A DNA stretch of 64,000 nt from an uncultured virus (IMG/VR IMGVR_UViG_3300021079_000006) (taxonomy: Duplodnaviria; Heunggongvirae; Uroviricota; Caudoviricetes): positions 1 to 64,000 of the IMG/VR virus record IMGVR_UViG_3300021079_000006, one strand, 5' to 3'. The translations under genes were made by a program, and so were the position numbers. Below, piece by piece: positions 27,621 through 38,246 of the stretch. Under the pieces are notes generated by a model, which was not told where the DNA came from, did no database searches, and saw nothing but the letters and a program-made list of their open reading frames with translations. How positions within the stretch are numbered: position 1 is the stretch's first letter; the number at the start of each line of letters is the position of its first letter.

Positions 27621-28654
27621 TGAACGATAACTGCACCTTTACCCGCACCGCTGCCAGCCGCACCAACAGTCACAGAGTTTGAGTAAGTATTGCCTGACGT
27701 GACGGCAATCGTATAGGTTGCGTACCCACCTCCTCCACCATCACTCCCTGCACCGAACTGGGTGGTATCACCAGAACCACCAAATCCAGCTCCTCTACCC
27801 GGGAGTGCTATAGGACTATTGGCAATAACGACCATACTTCCATATCCGCCTCCTCCAATACCACACCCCCCGCCAATATACCCTGATCCCGGGTAACACC
27901 CACCCCAAGAGCCATATCCATTACCCCCGCCGCCATACCCGCCGCTTGTACCAGTGCCATTTGTTTGGGAAACGGTGCCAGAGGATGATCCTGTACCTCC
28001 CGTACCAGCCCCCAACCCAACCCCAGCCACAGCAGCCACAGAACCACCGCTTCCTGTTCCGCCACCGCTAATCCCGCCACCCGCAGTTATTGTAGTTCCC
28101 CCGATGGAGCAAGTGGATGCGCCCCCGTTGGTAGACCCACCGCCACCGCCGATCACTGTTATCTGGACGCTTGTGACCCCAGTAGGGACAGTCCAAGATT
28201 GGTTTGCACCTACCGTATCAAAAATTTTGATCCCGCCGCCGCCGCCGCCGCCGCTTGCCGAGGAGTTAATCGTGATTGCTCCAGCCCCATTGGTGATCGT
28301 TACGTTCGTTCCTGCCGTAATGGTAGCAAGAGTGTATCCAGTGGCGTTACCGATTGGGATCTGCCCATTAGCCGGTGTGGCAGTAAGGCCAGTGCCGCCT
28401 TTACCAACCGTCACGGTAGCAAGCGTTGCGGCAATCGTTCCACCTTGGGCTTCACTCGTAGCGGTCGCAGTAGATCCGGTAACGTCACCGGTCAATATGA
28501 CGCGAGCGGGATCTTGCACCGCAGCAGACTCCGTTTTAACGTAAAGCCGTCCGGTGAATTTGTTTTCGGCAAGTTCACCAGCAACCAGTGCCGACGCAAG
28601 CGGCGCGGTGGCCGACCCAGCAGTTGAATTTGTTTTTGGAATAAGCGCGGCCAT
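27614..28654 (-). CDS. Glycine-rich tail fibre / receptor-binding protein
   Basis: GELA.N...LY N-terminal motif, GGTG motif, WTVPTGVT..VIGGGGG Gly-rich domain. Confidence 0.75.
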   Translation of the reverse strand: MAALIPKTNSTAGSATAPLASALVAGELAENKFTGRLYVKTESAAVQDPARVILTGDVTGSTATATSEAQGGTIAATLATVTVGKGGTGLTATPANGQIPIGNATGYTLATITAGTNVTITNGAGAITINSSASGGGGGGGIKIFDTVGANQSWTVPTGVTSVQITVIGGGGGSTNGGASTCSIGGTTITAGGGISGGGTGSGGSVAAVAGVGLGAGTGGTGSSSGTVSQTNGTGTSGGYGGGGNGYGSWGGCYPGSGYIGGGCGIGGGGYGSMVVIANSPIALPGRGAGFGGSGDTTQFGAGSDGGGGGYATYTIAVTSGNTYSNSVTVGAAGSGAGKGAVIVQW

Positions 28655-28656
28655 AA

Positions 28657-29871
28657 TTAGTAAGTCCCAAATGCGGTTTGAGTGAGTACGTTATCACGAA
28701 CAGACACAGACGTTGTCAAATACAAAGTATTCCCGTCCCATTCTGCGGCGTTGGCTTGAGGAGAAGCCATCAAAGTTGCAGGCGTTTGAAAATAAAACGG
28801 AGCTTGGTTGGCAGAAGCGCCATTTGCCCTAAATGTCTGCGGGCCTGTATATGTATTTGCCCCAAGGCTTTGAACTCCTGTCGCTCCATTATAACCTGTC
28901 CCGCCTTGATACCCGGTTGCCCCCAGCCCGGTAGCTCCCTGAAAACCCGTCGCGCCCAGCCCGGTCGCCCCTTGAAAACCCTGAGTCCCAATACCCGTGC
29001 TTCCTTGAAGGCCCGTCGCGCCCAGCCCAGTCGCTCCTTGAAAACCCTGAGTCCCAATACCCGTGCTTCCTTGAAGGCCCGTCGCGCCCAGCCCAGTCGC
29101 TCCTTGAAATCCAGCACCTGTACTGCCTTGGTATCCTGTCGCGCCCGGTGATCCAATTCCAGTAGCGCCCGTAGCCCCAGCGGGTCCGTTGGCTGGCCCT
29201 GTGGCCCCTTGATAACCCGTAGCGCCCTGAAATCCAGAGCCTGTACTTCCCTGCAATCCTACCCCAGTTGCGCCTTGATAACCAGTTGCACCGACTCCAG
29301 TTGCGCCAATTCCAGTGCTGCCGCGAAGCCCAGTACTGCCTTGATACCCCGTACTTCCGTCGTTGCCAGCAACTCCAATACCTGTGCTGCCCTGATACCC
29401 GGTGCTGCCTTGATAACCTGTTGCTCCAGCGCCAGTTGCGCCAATTCCTGTACTTCCTTGCAACCCTGTACTGCCTTGATACCCGGTACTTCCGTTGTAA
29501 CCAGTTGCGCCTGACCCAGTTGAGCCACGAAGCCCAACCCCGGTCGCCCCTTGGTAGCCTGTACTCCCCTGATACCCAGTCGCCCCGATGATGCTTGAAG
29601 CTTGAAGCGCCCTGATAAAGTAGCACATCAAGCCCTCGCCTTCATTTCGAGGAACCCCAAAAACTGTTGCGCTTTGAGTGGGATCGCAAGTAGTCCAGAC
29701 CACCTTTCCGCTCACTACGGATTTTTGCACCGTCCCGTACAGTGCCTGCGTTAAATTTGAGATCAGGCTCGGGACAGATTCTGCCGATACGCTCGGGTAT
29801 GGAACCTCCGGGGCGCAGGCGGCGTAGTATGCGGAATTTTGCCCAAATGGACTATTGCAATCGCAGCTCAT
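28657..29871 (-). CDS. Collagen-like fibre protein (short)
   Basis: GATG/GSTG/GYQG repeats; C-terminal EWDGN..YLT..FGTY domain. Confidence 0.75.
   Translation of the reverse strand: MSCDCNSPFGQNSAYYAACAPEVPYPSVSAESVPSLISNLTQALYGTVQKSVVSGKVVWTTCDPTQSATVFGVPRNEGEGLMCYFIRALQASSIIGATGYQGSTGYQGATGVGLRGSTGSGATGYNGSTGYQGSTGLQGSTGIGATGAGATGYQGSTGYQGSTGIGVAGNDGSTGYQGSTGLRGSTGIGATGVGATGYQGATGVGLQGSTGSGFQGATGYQGATGPANGPAGATGATGIGSPGATGYQGSTGAGFQGATGLGATGLQGSTGIGTQGFQGATGLGATGLQGSTGIGTQGFQGATGLGATGFQGATGLGATGYQGGTGYNGATGVQSLGANTYTGPQTFRANGASANQAPFYFQTPATLMASPQANAAEWDGNTLYLTTSVSVRDNVLTQTAFGTY
28870..29590. repeat. Gly-X-Y collagen-like coding repeats, including a near-exact 60-bp tandem unit
   Basis: [26 protein letters not shown] unit repeated around 28950-29110. 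Confidence 0.85.
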
Positions 29872-29872
29872 G

Positions 29873-30136
29873 TTAATGGTTCTCTCTTTGTTTAAGGGCA
29901 GAAACCGCAGTTATGGCGTCTTGCTCGCATGCAGCGTAACGAGCCGCAGAATGCCATGTCTCATTGCCCGCTGCTGTGTACGTCTGGCCCGGGGACAGCC
30001 TCAAGATTCCGCTGGGCGGAAACACTGAGTCCCGAGGAACTGAGGAAACGCTGGTGCAGGAGGTCTGCGCGACCGTCATCGCCAGCAGAGCGAGCCTTGA
30101 GGATTTGATTCTGAACGTCGTCACAATAATTTTCAA
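29873..30136 (-). CDS. Putative o-spanin-like lipoprotein, overlapping the upstream ORF
   Basis: Basic N-terminus, hydrophobic stretch and QTSC lipobox-like Cys; overlaps in an alternate frame. Confidence 0.45.
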   Translation of the reverse strand: MKIIVTTFRIKSSRLALLAMTVAQTSCTSVSSVPRDSVFPPSGILRLSPGQTYTAAGNETWHSAARYAACEQDAITAVSALKQRENH

Positions 30137-30227
30137 TGTCTCGTTCCAGCTCCCATTTGGCCCGGACCGATTTGATGTTTAGGAAAGCCTCAAGAGACTT
30201 TAGGATCGACAGGAGCAGCGGTAGCAT
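29961..30227 (-). CDS. Putative i-spanin-like protein
   Basis: N-terminal hydrophobic helix plus coiled coil, downstream of endolysin and holin. Confidence 0.45.
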   Translation of the reverse strand: MLPLLLSILKSLEAFLNIKSVRAKWELERDIENYCDDVQNQILKARSAGDDGRADLLHQRFLSSSGLSVSAQRNLEAVPGPDVHSSGQ

Positions 30228-30396
30228 TGGTCTTTTCCTTGCGAACGACGTTAATGACGCCCATTAGCGCCAACCCGGCAGAAATGATGGACTCCGCGAG
30301 GTCTGGGCGTAACTTAACTCCGAGACCAGTGATTAGAGAGATGACTCCACGCCAAGTGGATGGCTCGTTAAGTCGTTCAGTGATGTATTGAATCAT
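30190..30396 (-). CDS. Putative holin
   Basis: ERLNEPSTWRG followed by two hydrophobic helices, next to the endolysin. Confidence 0.65.
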   Translation of the reverse strand: MIQYITERLNEPSTWRGVISLITGLGVKLRPDLAESIISAGLALMGVINVVRKEKTNATAAPVDPKVS

Positions 30397-30914
30397 ACAA
30401 TTATGGTTTTTTTGAGGTCAGAAACTCGGTTTAGCCATCCGTTTTTGGCGTAGTTATATTCAGGCTTTGCCTTGCAAAGCGCAACGTAGAACTGTTCTTT
30501 CTTTTGGCAGTATGCTAATGCCACCTCTGTGGGCGTTTTGAGCGTGCAGGCCGTAATTGCAGCTCCAATGGTAGCAGGACCAATGATGCCGTCATCTTTG
30601 GCTCCTACGGTGCGTTGGAGCAGTAAAACACCTTGATGCACCCCGGAATTAACGCAGGCGTCAAAATATGCAAGCGACAATGGCCAAGGTAGCTTGTCGG
30701 CCTTGCAGTCGAGCCATTCCTGCCAGTAAATTGCGGTCGCCATCTCCTCGTTGAGGTTTTCCACGTCCACCCCCTTATGGCTACGGGCATCAATCCCGTA
30801 TTTCGTGAGGCCACCCGGGTCCCGGGGGTCATGCTCACTGAGCACCTTGCCACGAGACATCACGTTCTCGTGTTCAAAGATGAACTTCATGGCATTTTTA
30901 AAATCATTTGTCAT
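30393..30914 (-). CDS. Endolysin, glycoside hydrolase family 108
   Basis: HE..DPRDPGGLTKYGI, FDACVNSG, DGIIGPAT, GWLNRV; start taken at MTNDF. Confidence 0.9.
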   Translation of the reverse strand: MTNDFKNAMKFIFEHENVMSRGKVLSEHDPRDPGGLTKYGIDARSHKGVDVENLNEEMATAIYWQEWLDCKADKLPWPLSLAYFDACVNSGVHQGVLLLQRTVGAKDDGIIGPATIGAAITACTLKTPTEVALAYCQKKEQFYVALCKAKPEYNYAKNGWLNRVSDLKKTIIV

Positions 30915-31150
30915 TGTGCGCTCCTTCCAAGAACTTTTGCCCATAACTCTTTGCGGTCTCGCTCGCACTCAAGAATTGCTTCTTTAAGGTCGTTAATTTG
31001 ATCGCCGAGAGCCTTCATATGCTGATTTCGCTCTTCGTTTAGCCTTGTGATTAACCCTTTATTCATTTGCTGGATAAAGCCAATCGCGACGCAGGCCATT
31101 AAAAACGGAAGCCCTTGGTTTTTTGACGCTTCTATGAGTAATTCGTTCAT
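30911..31150 (-). CDS. Small membrane/coiled-coil protein (holin-like)
   Basis: One hydrophobic segment plus coiled coil, upstream of the endolysin. Confidence 0.5.
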   Translation of the reverse strand: MNELLIEASKNQGLPFLMACVAIGFIQQMNKGLITRLNEERNQHMKALGDQINDLKEAILECERDRKELWAKVLGRSAQ

Positions 31151-31152
31151 AA

Positions 31153-34100
31153 TTAATACGTTCCGAATGATGCTGCTGTTAAAATTGCGTCTCTGTTGGC
31201 TATAGTAAACGAAGTGGCAGTTGCTGCTGCGTTTGTTGGGTTAGCTCCAACAGTAAACGTCGTGAGGCTGTTGATTGCAGTCACATACAATTGTGCCGCC
31301 CCAGTGATCCCAGACGCAATTGCCGCCCCGACAACGAGGCCAGACGTTGTCCCAGTTGTTAGCGTAATAAGCGCACTTCCCGTTGTCCAAGTGCCAGCCA
31401 ATGAGACAAGTGCCGTCAGGTATTCAGTGTTTCCATCCCATTCTACGGAATGCACTACTGGCGTTGTTTGAACTACCCCAGCTTGAAACTTTGTTGGGGC
31501 ACTCGTAAGCGTTCCTGCTGCAAAATTTTGCGTTGAACTTGCGGTAAAAGTATTACTTGCTAAAACTGCGTTAGTGTTTCCCCTTGAAGCAACAAGGCTA
31601 ACGGTTAACGAGTCAACGCCAATTTGCGTTCCAGTTGCGCCTGCCACTAAACTCACTGTCAAAATAGCCCCTTGGTTGCCTGTACCAGAGGTAATTGTGA
31701 CTAAAAGAGGCGCAGTTATATTTCCTGTAAACCAGCTTGGACGAACAAGAGAAACTCCAGTGCCAATGCTACTTACAACCCAAGGACCACTTTGCGCCAA
31801 CGCCGTTTGACTCAAAAAAACAGTATCTCCAGTTGCAAGGGTTTTACCATCAACTGTCAAAAGAGATGCCGTAACAAGCGTTGTAGGCGTTGAGTTGTAA
31901 AGTATTAGAGCCCCAGATCCAGTTGCCCCAGCACCACTGCTCATCGTGATCTGCGTCGCGCTATCAACTGTTTTAATAACGCCCGCAGCCACCCCCAAAT
32001 TGATGCTCATCCCAACAACCGGAGTTATTGAGGAGGTTGCAAAAGTAATAACACCAGAGTTTTGAGTCCAACTTGCTCCTGCAATCGTTCCGGCAGTTGC
32101 GGGAATTACGTTTGACGTTTGCCTGACTGTAACTAATTGCGGCCCTCCAACAACGGCCCTTGCGTCTCCTGCGGTTGTAGAAGCAGTCCCACCATTTGCA
32201 ATCGAAACAGGCGTTGCAATTGCTGGACCTGTAGCTCCAGTGGCTCCTAGCGTGCCAATTCCTGTGGCCCCGGTAGCTCCGACAGACCCAATCCCGGTTG
32301 CTCCAGTCGCTCCAATACTTCCAATACCCGTAGCTCCCGTAGCCCCAGCGGACCCAATGCCCGTGGCCCCCGTGGCCCCGATTGTGCCGATCCCTGTGGC
32401 CCCAGTCGCGCCAATGCTTCCAATTCCCGTTGCGCCCGTCGCGCCTTGCGTTCCAATTCCCGTGGCTCCTTGAATACCAATGCCCGTAGCTCCCGTTGAC
32501 CCCTGTGTGCCAACGCCTGTGGCTCCTTGGAACCCTGTAGCGCCCAACCCTGTAGCACCTTGAAGTCCTTGCGTTCCGACTCCTGTGCTTCCCTGAGTTC
32601 CGACCCCCGTGCTCCCCTGAAAGCCCGTCGCACCAAGCCCGGTTGCCCCTTGCAAACCTTGAGTTCCAAGCCCGGTTGCTCCTTGCAATCCCTGAGTGCC
32701 GACGCCAGTAGAACCCTGATAACCAGTGGCCCCCAATCCAGTTGCTCCTTGTAAACCTTGAGTTCCAAGACCCGTCGCCCCTTGTAAGCCTTGAGTTCCA
32801 AGACCCGTCGCCCCCGTCGCCCCAATGGCTCCGATGCCAGTAGCCCCAGTAGATCCAATATTTCCAATCCCGGTTGCTCCTTGCGTCCCGATGCCTGTAG
32901 CCCCCGTGGACCCCTGAGTTCCGATCCCGGTTGCGCCCTGATAACCAGTTGCGCCCTGCCCGGTTGCGCCCTGTACCCCGGTAGACCCAATGCCAGTCGC
33001 CCCTTGTAGTCCTTGTGATCCTATGCCTGTGCTGCCTTGATAACCAGTTGCGCCAACGCCAGTTGCACCTTGGGACCCAATTCCTGTCGCTCCCTGATAC
33101 CCAGTGCTTCCTTGATAACCCGTTGATCCAATTCCAGTTGCGCCTTGATAGCCCGTGCTTCCCTGTAATCCAGACGTAACAATAGCCCAAATCAACTGAT
33201 GGTTATTGGCAAAATTCGTTGTACCGCTGCCGCCAGAAGTTTGAAGCGTTACAGGAATTACAATGTAAGAATTGTCGCCAATTGTGGGAGTGCCATTAAT
33301 TTTCCAACTTTGATAATTATCGGAATTGTTTTGATCTTGAATAACAAACGTGTCCCCATTTTTATAAAGCGGGAAAAATACATCAATGTCATTTCCATTG
33401 CCGTCAATGTGCGAGAATGCAATATTTGCGGAAAGTCGCTGTGTAGCGTTGTCCCATAAAATGTGCCCATTGGTAATTGGCCCAGTAGGAGGCAGAACTT
33501 GAGTAGACGTGTCCGCTTGGTAATTAAAGAATGAGGCCGACTGCCCGTTTGCCCCCGTCAACCCGGTCGCGCCCTGATACCCGGTACTCCCAATCCCAGT
33601 CGCCCCTTGATTTCCTACACCAGTGCTGCCCTGATACCCGGTGCTGCCCTGATCCCCGGTTGATCCGATTCCAGTAGCCCCTTGATATCCAGTTGAGCCA
33701 ATCCCAGTGCTACCTTGATACCCGGTCGAGCCGATGCCAGTTGCCCCCTGTAACCCTTGAGATCCAATCCCGGTGCTGCCCTGATAACCAGTGGCTCCGA
33801 TGCCCGTAGCTCCCGTGTCTCCTTGAGTTCCGACCCCGGTTGCGCCCTGCGTTCCAACGCCCGTACTGCCTTGCAATCCAGTTGCGCCGACGCCTGTAGC
33901 CCCTTGAATTCCAACGCCAGTACTGCCCTGCAATCCCTGAGTGCCAACGCCAGTGGCCCCTTGGAACCCCGTTGCGCCCAACCCCGTTGCGCCCTGAGAT
34001 CCCTGCGTGCCGATGCCAGTCGCACCCTGCAAGCCCTGAGTGCCGATTCCAGTAGAACCCTGAAATCCCGTCGCACCAAGACCAGTTGCGCCCTGAATGC

Positions 34101-35070
34101 CCTGAGTTCCAACCCCCGTTGCCCCCTGCAAGCCAACTCCTGTTGCCCCTTGCGTGCCGATACCCGTGGCTCCGACGATTCCGATGCCTGTCGCGCCCTG
34201 CAATCCAATCCCGGTGCTGCCCTGATAACCCGTGGCTCCGACGCCCGTGGCTCCCGTGTCTCCTTGAGCGCCTTGCGTGCCGACTCCTGTGCTACCCTGA
34301 TACCCGGTCGAGCCGATGCCCGTGGCTCCCGTGTCTCCTTGAGCGCCAATCCCAGTGCTACCTTGATAACCCGTGGCTCCGACGCCTGTAGCTCCTTGAA
34401 CCCCTTGCGTGCCGACTCCTGTGCTCCCTTGAGTTCCAACCCCCGTGCTCCCCTGAAAGCCCGTCGCACCAACCCCGGTAGCGCCTTGCAAGCCCGTGCT
34501 GCCTTGATTTCCAACTCCTGTTGCCCCCTGAAGACCAACACCAGTGCTGCCTTGATAACCCGTGGCTCCGACAGTTCCGATGCCTGTCGCGCCCTGCAAT
34601 CCGATGCCTGTGCTGCCTTGATATCCAGTTGCCCCGGCCAAACCAGCCCCTGTTGAACCTTGAGTTCCAACCCCGGTTGCCCCCTGCGTGCCGATACCCG
34701 TACTGCCCTGATAGCCCGTGGCTCCAACGGTTCCGATGCCCGTGCTGCCTTGAGTTCCAACCCCGGTTGCCCCTTGGAAGCCAACACCAGTGCTGCCCTG
34801 ATAGCCTGTAGCCCCGAACCCCGTAGCCCCAACCAATCCAGCTCCTGTTGAACCCTGATACCCGGTCGCCCCCTGATACCCGGTCGCGCCGATACCGCTG
34901 CCGCCACCCCCGCCATGAGTAGCAATGTATTCCAGCAACGACAGGACGTATTGCCTGTAAACCGCTGTAGACAAATTGCTGTGAATGCCCACAATTCCAG
35001 ATGCTCCGGCAATCTGCTGGAGCAAAGTGAGTGCGTATTGCTGAAAAACTGCGGTAGACAAATTAGACAT
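31153..35070 (-). CDS. Long collagen-like fibre protein
   Basis: 1305 aa with two long GATG/GSTG/GxQG tracts separated by a globular domain; C-terminal EWDGN..FGTY. Confidence 0.8.
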   Translation of the reverse strand: MSNLSTAVFQQYALTLLQQIAGASGIVGIHSNLSTAVYRQYVLSLLEYIATHGGGGGSGIGATGYQGATGYQGSTGAGLVGATGFGATGYQGSTGVGFQGATGVGTQGSTGIGTVGATGYQGSTGIGTQGATGVGTQGSTGAGLAGATGYQGSTGIGLQGATGIGTVGATGYQGSTGVGLQGATGVGNQGSTGLQGATGVGATGFQGSTGVGTQGSTGVGTQGVQGATGVGATGYQGSTGIGAQGDTGATGIGSTGYQGSTGVGTQGAQGDTGATGVGATGYQGSTGIGLQGATGIGIVGATGIGTQGATGVGLQGATGVGTQGIQGATGLGATGFQGSTGIGTQGLQGATGIGTQGSQGATGLGATGFQGATGVGTQGLQGSTGVGIQGATGVGATGLQGSTGVGTQGATGVGTQGDTGATGIGATGYQGSTGIGSQGLQGATGIGSTGYQGSTGIGSTGYQGATGIGSTGDQGSTGYQGSTGVGNQGATGIGSTGYQGATGLTGANGQSASFFNYQADTSTQVLPPTGPITNGHILWDNATQRLSANIAFSHIDGNGNDIDVFFPLYKNGDTFVIQDQNNSDNYQSWKINGTPTIGDNSYIVIPVTLQTSGGSGTTNFANNHQLIWAIVTSGLQGSTGYQGATGIGSTGYQGSTGYQGATGIGSQGATGVGATGYQGSTGIGSQGLQGATGIGSTGVQGATGQGATGYQGATGIGTQGSTGATGIGTQGATGIGNIGSTGATGIGAIGATGATGLGTQGLQGATGLGTQGLQGATGLGATGYQGSTGVGTQGLQGATGLGTQGLQGATGLGATGFQGSTGVGTQGSTGVGTQGLQGATGLGATGFQGATGVGTQGSTGATGIGIQGATGIGTQGATGATGIGSIGATGATGIGTIGATGATGIGSAGATGATGIGSIGATGATGIGSVGATGATGIGTLGATGATGPAIATPVSIANGGTASTTAGDARAVVGGPQLVTVRQTSNVIPATAGTIAGASWTQNSGVITFATSSITPVVGMSINLGVAAGVIKTVDSATQITMSSGAGATGSGALILYNSTPTTLVTASLLTVDGKTLATGDTVFLSQTALAQSGPWVVSSIGTGVSLVRPSWFTGNITAPLLVTITSGTGNQGAILTVSLVAGATGTQIGVDSLTVSLVASRGNTNAVLASNTFTASSTQNFAAGTLTSAPTKFQAGVVQTTPVVHSVEWDGNTEYLTALVSLAGTWTTGSALITLTTGTTSGLVVGAAIASGITGAAQLYVTAINSLTTFTVGANPTNAAATATSFTIANRDAILTAASFGTY
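32230..34895. repeat. Two tracts of interrupted Gly-X-Y coding repeats (about 32230-33170 and 33550-34895)
   Basis: Visible degenerate repeats of GATG/GSTG codons. Confidence 0.85.
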
Positions 35071-35087
35071 AACCTTGCGTAAGCTAA

Positions 35088-35126
35088 TCAGAAGGGGCTG
35101 GCAATCTAACCAACCCCCTCTTCATT
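35088..35126 (-). terminator. Hairpin after the major capsid gene
   Basis: Minus strand GGGGTTGG-ttagattg-CCAGCCCC followed by a weak U tract. Confidence 0.4.
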
Positions 35127-35140
35127 AACTCACGTTAAGA

Positions 35141-36355
35141 TTAAAGCCCAGTTGCTGCTGTGCTGCAAGGCAACGGCTGACCGTCAAACGGGCAACGCTT
35201 GTACAGAATTGGCATGACATTTTGCGGACGAATTGGCTGAATTGCACGGCTGATTTGGTAGATGTGCTGACCAAAGTCGCCGTACAAGTTACAGTCATTG
35301 TCGCGGAAGTAAGTCCATTCCAGTTCGCCCATTGCAAGCTGCGGGGCAAATTTAAACGTGCCTTCTCCAGCGTAATTTTCTGGAACCAAACGCTTGAATG
35401 CGTCTCCTGCAACAACAAAGCCTACTTCGTAAGGAGCAGAGACCCAATCAGGGTTCCGGCGCTGGGCAAACCCGTTCGTGACAGCAGTGCTGATGATAGG
35501 ATTTACAAGCACCAGATTGCCGTTGGAATCAAACCCCGTGGATCGAAGCGGTTGCTGGTCAATCCCGAACGCAAAGCCACGATAGCCTTGGAACTGGTAT
35601 CCAGAAATCGAGTCTTCACCGAGTTTGAAGCTGCCAGCGGTTAGGTAGAGCAAGTCTTCCTTCACGTCAGCGTCGTTGCGAATGTTTTCAATCGCATCGG
35701 CAGAGAGCATTACTTGGAAAAACTCACCTTCCTTAGCTGCAAACGGTTCTGCGAGCATTTCTTCACGCAGGAACGTGCCAGCCCGGTACAACGTCTTGAA
35801 GTTCAGCGGACCGTCAGGAAGGGTCTGCGCGAACTTCGTGTTGATGTTCTGCATGTCGCCCGTCAAATTGCTCGTGAACGACGCAGTGGTATTCACGACA
35901 TACTTGACCCCGGACTGGATGAGGTACTGGTAACGGATGTCGGCGTTGATGATCTGAAGAATGGTCTTCTCCAAGCTGACCTGCGCCTGCAAGTACGAAC
36001 CCTTGAACGCCGTCCGGGCCTGCTTAACACAGACGCGAGGGCCAGCGCCACGAAGCGTCTGGAGGCTGAACTGGTACTCCGTAGAACCCACTTGGTCGGG
36101 AGTAGCGCCGACGCCGCAAAGCGTGGTGTCCTCGACAAACGTGGGGCTTGCCAAAGAAGCAGCCGGGACGGCCATTTCTTCGACTACGGAACGCACAACA
36201 TCAGAGACGTTAGGAAGAGTTCCCCCGTCTATGCTGTTTATGTATGGTGACTTACGAGCCAAGACCTTTGCGATCTGGCCGATGATCCTGTTAACATCCT
36301 TGGATGCAAAGTTTTGGATCGTTGCGAGTGGGATACAATTGTTTGTGTCTGCCAT
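35141..36355 (-). CDS. Major capsid protein
   Basis: 404 aa in the head module downstream of the scaffold, with an A/C-rich leader and a downstream hairpin; assignment rests on size and position. Confidence 0.75.
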   Translation of the reverse strand: MADTNNCIPLATIQNFASKDVNRIIGQIAKVLARKSPYINSIDGGTLPNVSDVVRSVVEEMAVPAASLASPTFVEDTTLCGVGATPDQVGSTEYQFSLQTLRGAGPRVCVKQARTAFKGSYLQAQVSLEKTILQIINADIRYQYLIQSGVKYVVNTTASFTSNLTGDMQNINTKFAQTLPDGPLNFKTLYRAGTFLREEMLAEPFAAKEGEFFQVMLSADAIENIRNDADVKEDLLYLTAGSFKLGEDSISGYQFQGYRGFAFGIDQQPLRSTGFDSNGNLVLVNPIISTAVTNGFAQRRNPDWVSAPYEVGFVVAGDAFKRLVPENYAGEGTFKFAPQLAMGELEWTYFRDNDCNLYGDFGQHIYQISRAIQPIRPQNVMPILYKRCPFDGQPLPCSTAATGL

Positions 36356-36416
36356 AACAGTAGGTATTTAAGGTTTTTATCTAGGGTTGGTTTGGTTGGT
36401 TTGGTTTTGAGTTGTG

Positions 36417-37400
36417 TTAGTTTGTGAAGACACGGAACCCAAAGCCTGCTTCTTGACGAGCCGGGTCGGAATAGCTGCGGATCATCGTGCGCTGCGAATT
36501 TGCGTCTTGTAACCAACAGCCGCCACGGACTCGGCGACCGTAAATAGGAGCGGCGTCGTCAAAGCACCATTCGTTGACATTTCCGCCCATATCGTAGAGC
36601 GATAACTCATTTGGCGTTTTGCCACGCACTGCTTGAGCGCCTTGGCCATAGGTCAAGTTGTCTCGAGACCATGCAACAGCAGTTGACGTGTTTGACCCCG
36701 GATAGGTGTACGTTCCGCTGGAAACCCCGCCGAACGCCGCCCACTCCCATTCTTTTTCACCCGGGAGACGATAGCCAGTAGCGGCTGCGTCCACGGAAGG
36801 AACAACATCTCCGACGGTGTAAATCACCTTGGCCGTGAGTGTGCCTGTCGCCGTTGCCGTCCCGCTTACAACCGTCCTGTATGTGAACGCCGTTGGGCTA
36901 GTAACGGTGACGCTACGGACTAGGTTGTACCCAGCCGGGGTTGCGCCTGCGACCTGCACCCAGTTACCCGTGGAAAGCTTGTGCCCTAGTGGGACAATAG
37001 CGGTTGCAACAGTGCCTGTGCTCGTTAGTGACCCAACACTCAGGATGGTGGTGTAATAAACCGGGGTGAGTGTTCCTTGATTTAATGTAGCGGCATTGCA
37101 CCATTTCAAGGCGTCGTACCAGTTTAGCGTTTCAACCGGGGCAGTGGCAGAATTGCCAGACCCGGAAAGCTGAAGGTCAAAGCCGTTGGCGTTAGCAAAC
37201 GTCCGTTGAGCCTGAAACTCAGTCCAGTTCACTTCGGTTTCGCCAGCCTTAAAAGCAGTTACAGCCTGCCCCTTAAAATTAGTGGCGGCACTCATCGAAC
37301 TAGTCCCGGTGACGGTGACCAGCGTATTCCAAACAGCTTCGCTCGTGGTAACGCCAAGAGCGGAGATTGCAACGATCAGAATTCCCTTTAGGAACTTCAT
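36417..37400 (-). CDS. FGE-sulfatase (C-type lectin) fold protein with signal peptide and an inserted beta domain
   Basis: TEV.W, PVE.LNWYDA..WCN, YRLP.E.EWEWAA.GG, PNELSLYDMGGNVNEWC, RGG.W, GFRV. Confidence 0.85.
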   Translation of the reverse strand: MKFLKGILIVAISALGVTTSEAVWNTLVTVTGTSSMSAATNFKGQAVTAFKAGETEVNWTEFQAQRTFANANGFDLQLSGSGNSATAPVETLNWYDALKWCNAATLNQGTLTPVYYTTILSVGSLTSTGTVATAIVPLGHKLSTGNWVQVAGATPAGYNLVRSVTVTSPTAFTYRTVVSGTATATGTLTAKVIYTVGDVVPSVDAAATGYRLPGEKEWEWAAFGGVSSGTYTYPGSNTSTAVAWSRDNLTYGQGAQAVRGKTPNELSLYDMGGNVNEWCFDDAAPIYGRRVRGGCWLQDANSQRTMIRSYSDPARQEAGFGFRVFTN

Positions 37401-37595
37401 AGGTGTGTTTTCTAGTGGTTGAGTTTGTTCTGCCTGAACAATAACCAGTTAGAAAACTAGGCTACGTCCAAGCGTGCGGCTTCCTGTGCGGAAACGCAAA
37501 AGTCTTGTTTGTAGCCCCCGTCGTCTGGGCGGATGTTACGACCGTTTGCAGGTTTAGGTCCTGCAACCAGCTTCATACGGAGAAGCCATACCGTG
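37401..37595 (-). ncRNA. Candidate structured leader RNA of the capsid operon
   Basis: Five consecutive stem-loops between a promoter and the ATG; no ORF. Confidence 0.5.
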
Positions 37596-37600
37596 ACTTG

Positions 37601-37629
37601 CTTATACCTCGCCCAATACGCTTAAGCAA
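37601..37629 (-). promoter_or_regulatory. Sigma70-like promoter TTGCTT-17-TATAAG
   Basis: 17-bp spacer and an A/T-rich upstream element. Confidence 0.5.
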
Positions 37630-37658
37630 ACTATTTTTATAACAAGGTGAAAGATATT

Positions 37659-38246
37659 TCAGCTCGCTTTTTGCATGCTAAACATTTCCTGCATTATTGC
37701 TGATCTCTTCTTGTCGCCGCTGCTTTTTATATGTGCCACTCGCTCAAGTAATAAACCAAATCCCGGATCGCACCCAAGGATGTCTATTTCCGGACAAACA
37801 ATTTCATTTTTGCTCAACTCTTCGGAAATAAATTTACGAATTGCGCCAAGGCAATGATCCGGCGAGGCGTAAAATAAATACGCAGGACCTTCATTCAGCA
37901 TAAGCGTGTTTGTTGTTTCGCTTTTTGCAATCTGCGGAGTCAAATCTAGATTAAGGACATCGTAATCGGACATCCAACCTCCTCCAGCGGCATGCAGGGC
38001 GCACCAACGAGTGAACCGAAATTGAAACCATGCAGCGCGGGCCACAAGCCCGTTGTTCTTATTAAGCTCTTGGGCCAATTTTTGCTGTAACTTATTGTAC
38101 AATGGACTTCCCTGTGCGTGAGATCGGTTGAGCATCACGGGATTCCACCCGTTAGCCGTCCACGATGTCTTCCACCAGTTGGCGCAGGCAAATTCCTCGG
38201 GCTGATCTGCGGTCGGAATTGATTGATAAAATGCGTAAATATTCAT
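37659..38246 (-). CDS. DXD-type glycosyltransferase-like protein (GT-A, GT32-like)
   Basis: WKTSW...W, F.RW.AL...GGGWMSDYD; start MNIYAF by TGATG overlap. Confidence 0.6.
   Translation of the reverse strand: MNIYAFYQSIPTADQPEEFACANWWKTSWTANGWNPVMLNRSHAQGSPLYNKLQQKLAQELNKNNGLVARAAWFQFRFTRWCALHAAGGGWMSDYDVLNLDLTPQIAKSETTNTLMLNEGPAYLFYASPDHCLGAIRKFISEELSKNEIVCPEIDILGCDPGFGLLLERVAHIKSSGDKKRSAIMQEMFSMQKAS

Noticed and set aside
28870..34895. CRISPR array, or the many long alternate-frame ORFs over the repeats
   Set aside because: The repeats are in-frame Gly-X-Y codons without unique spacers; the shadow ORFs are by-products of the repeat.
36417..36560. Diversity-generating retroelement targeting the FGE/C-lectin C-terminus
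   Set aside because: No reverse transcriptase gene and no adenine-variant template repeat were seen in the window.
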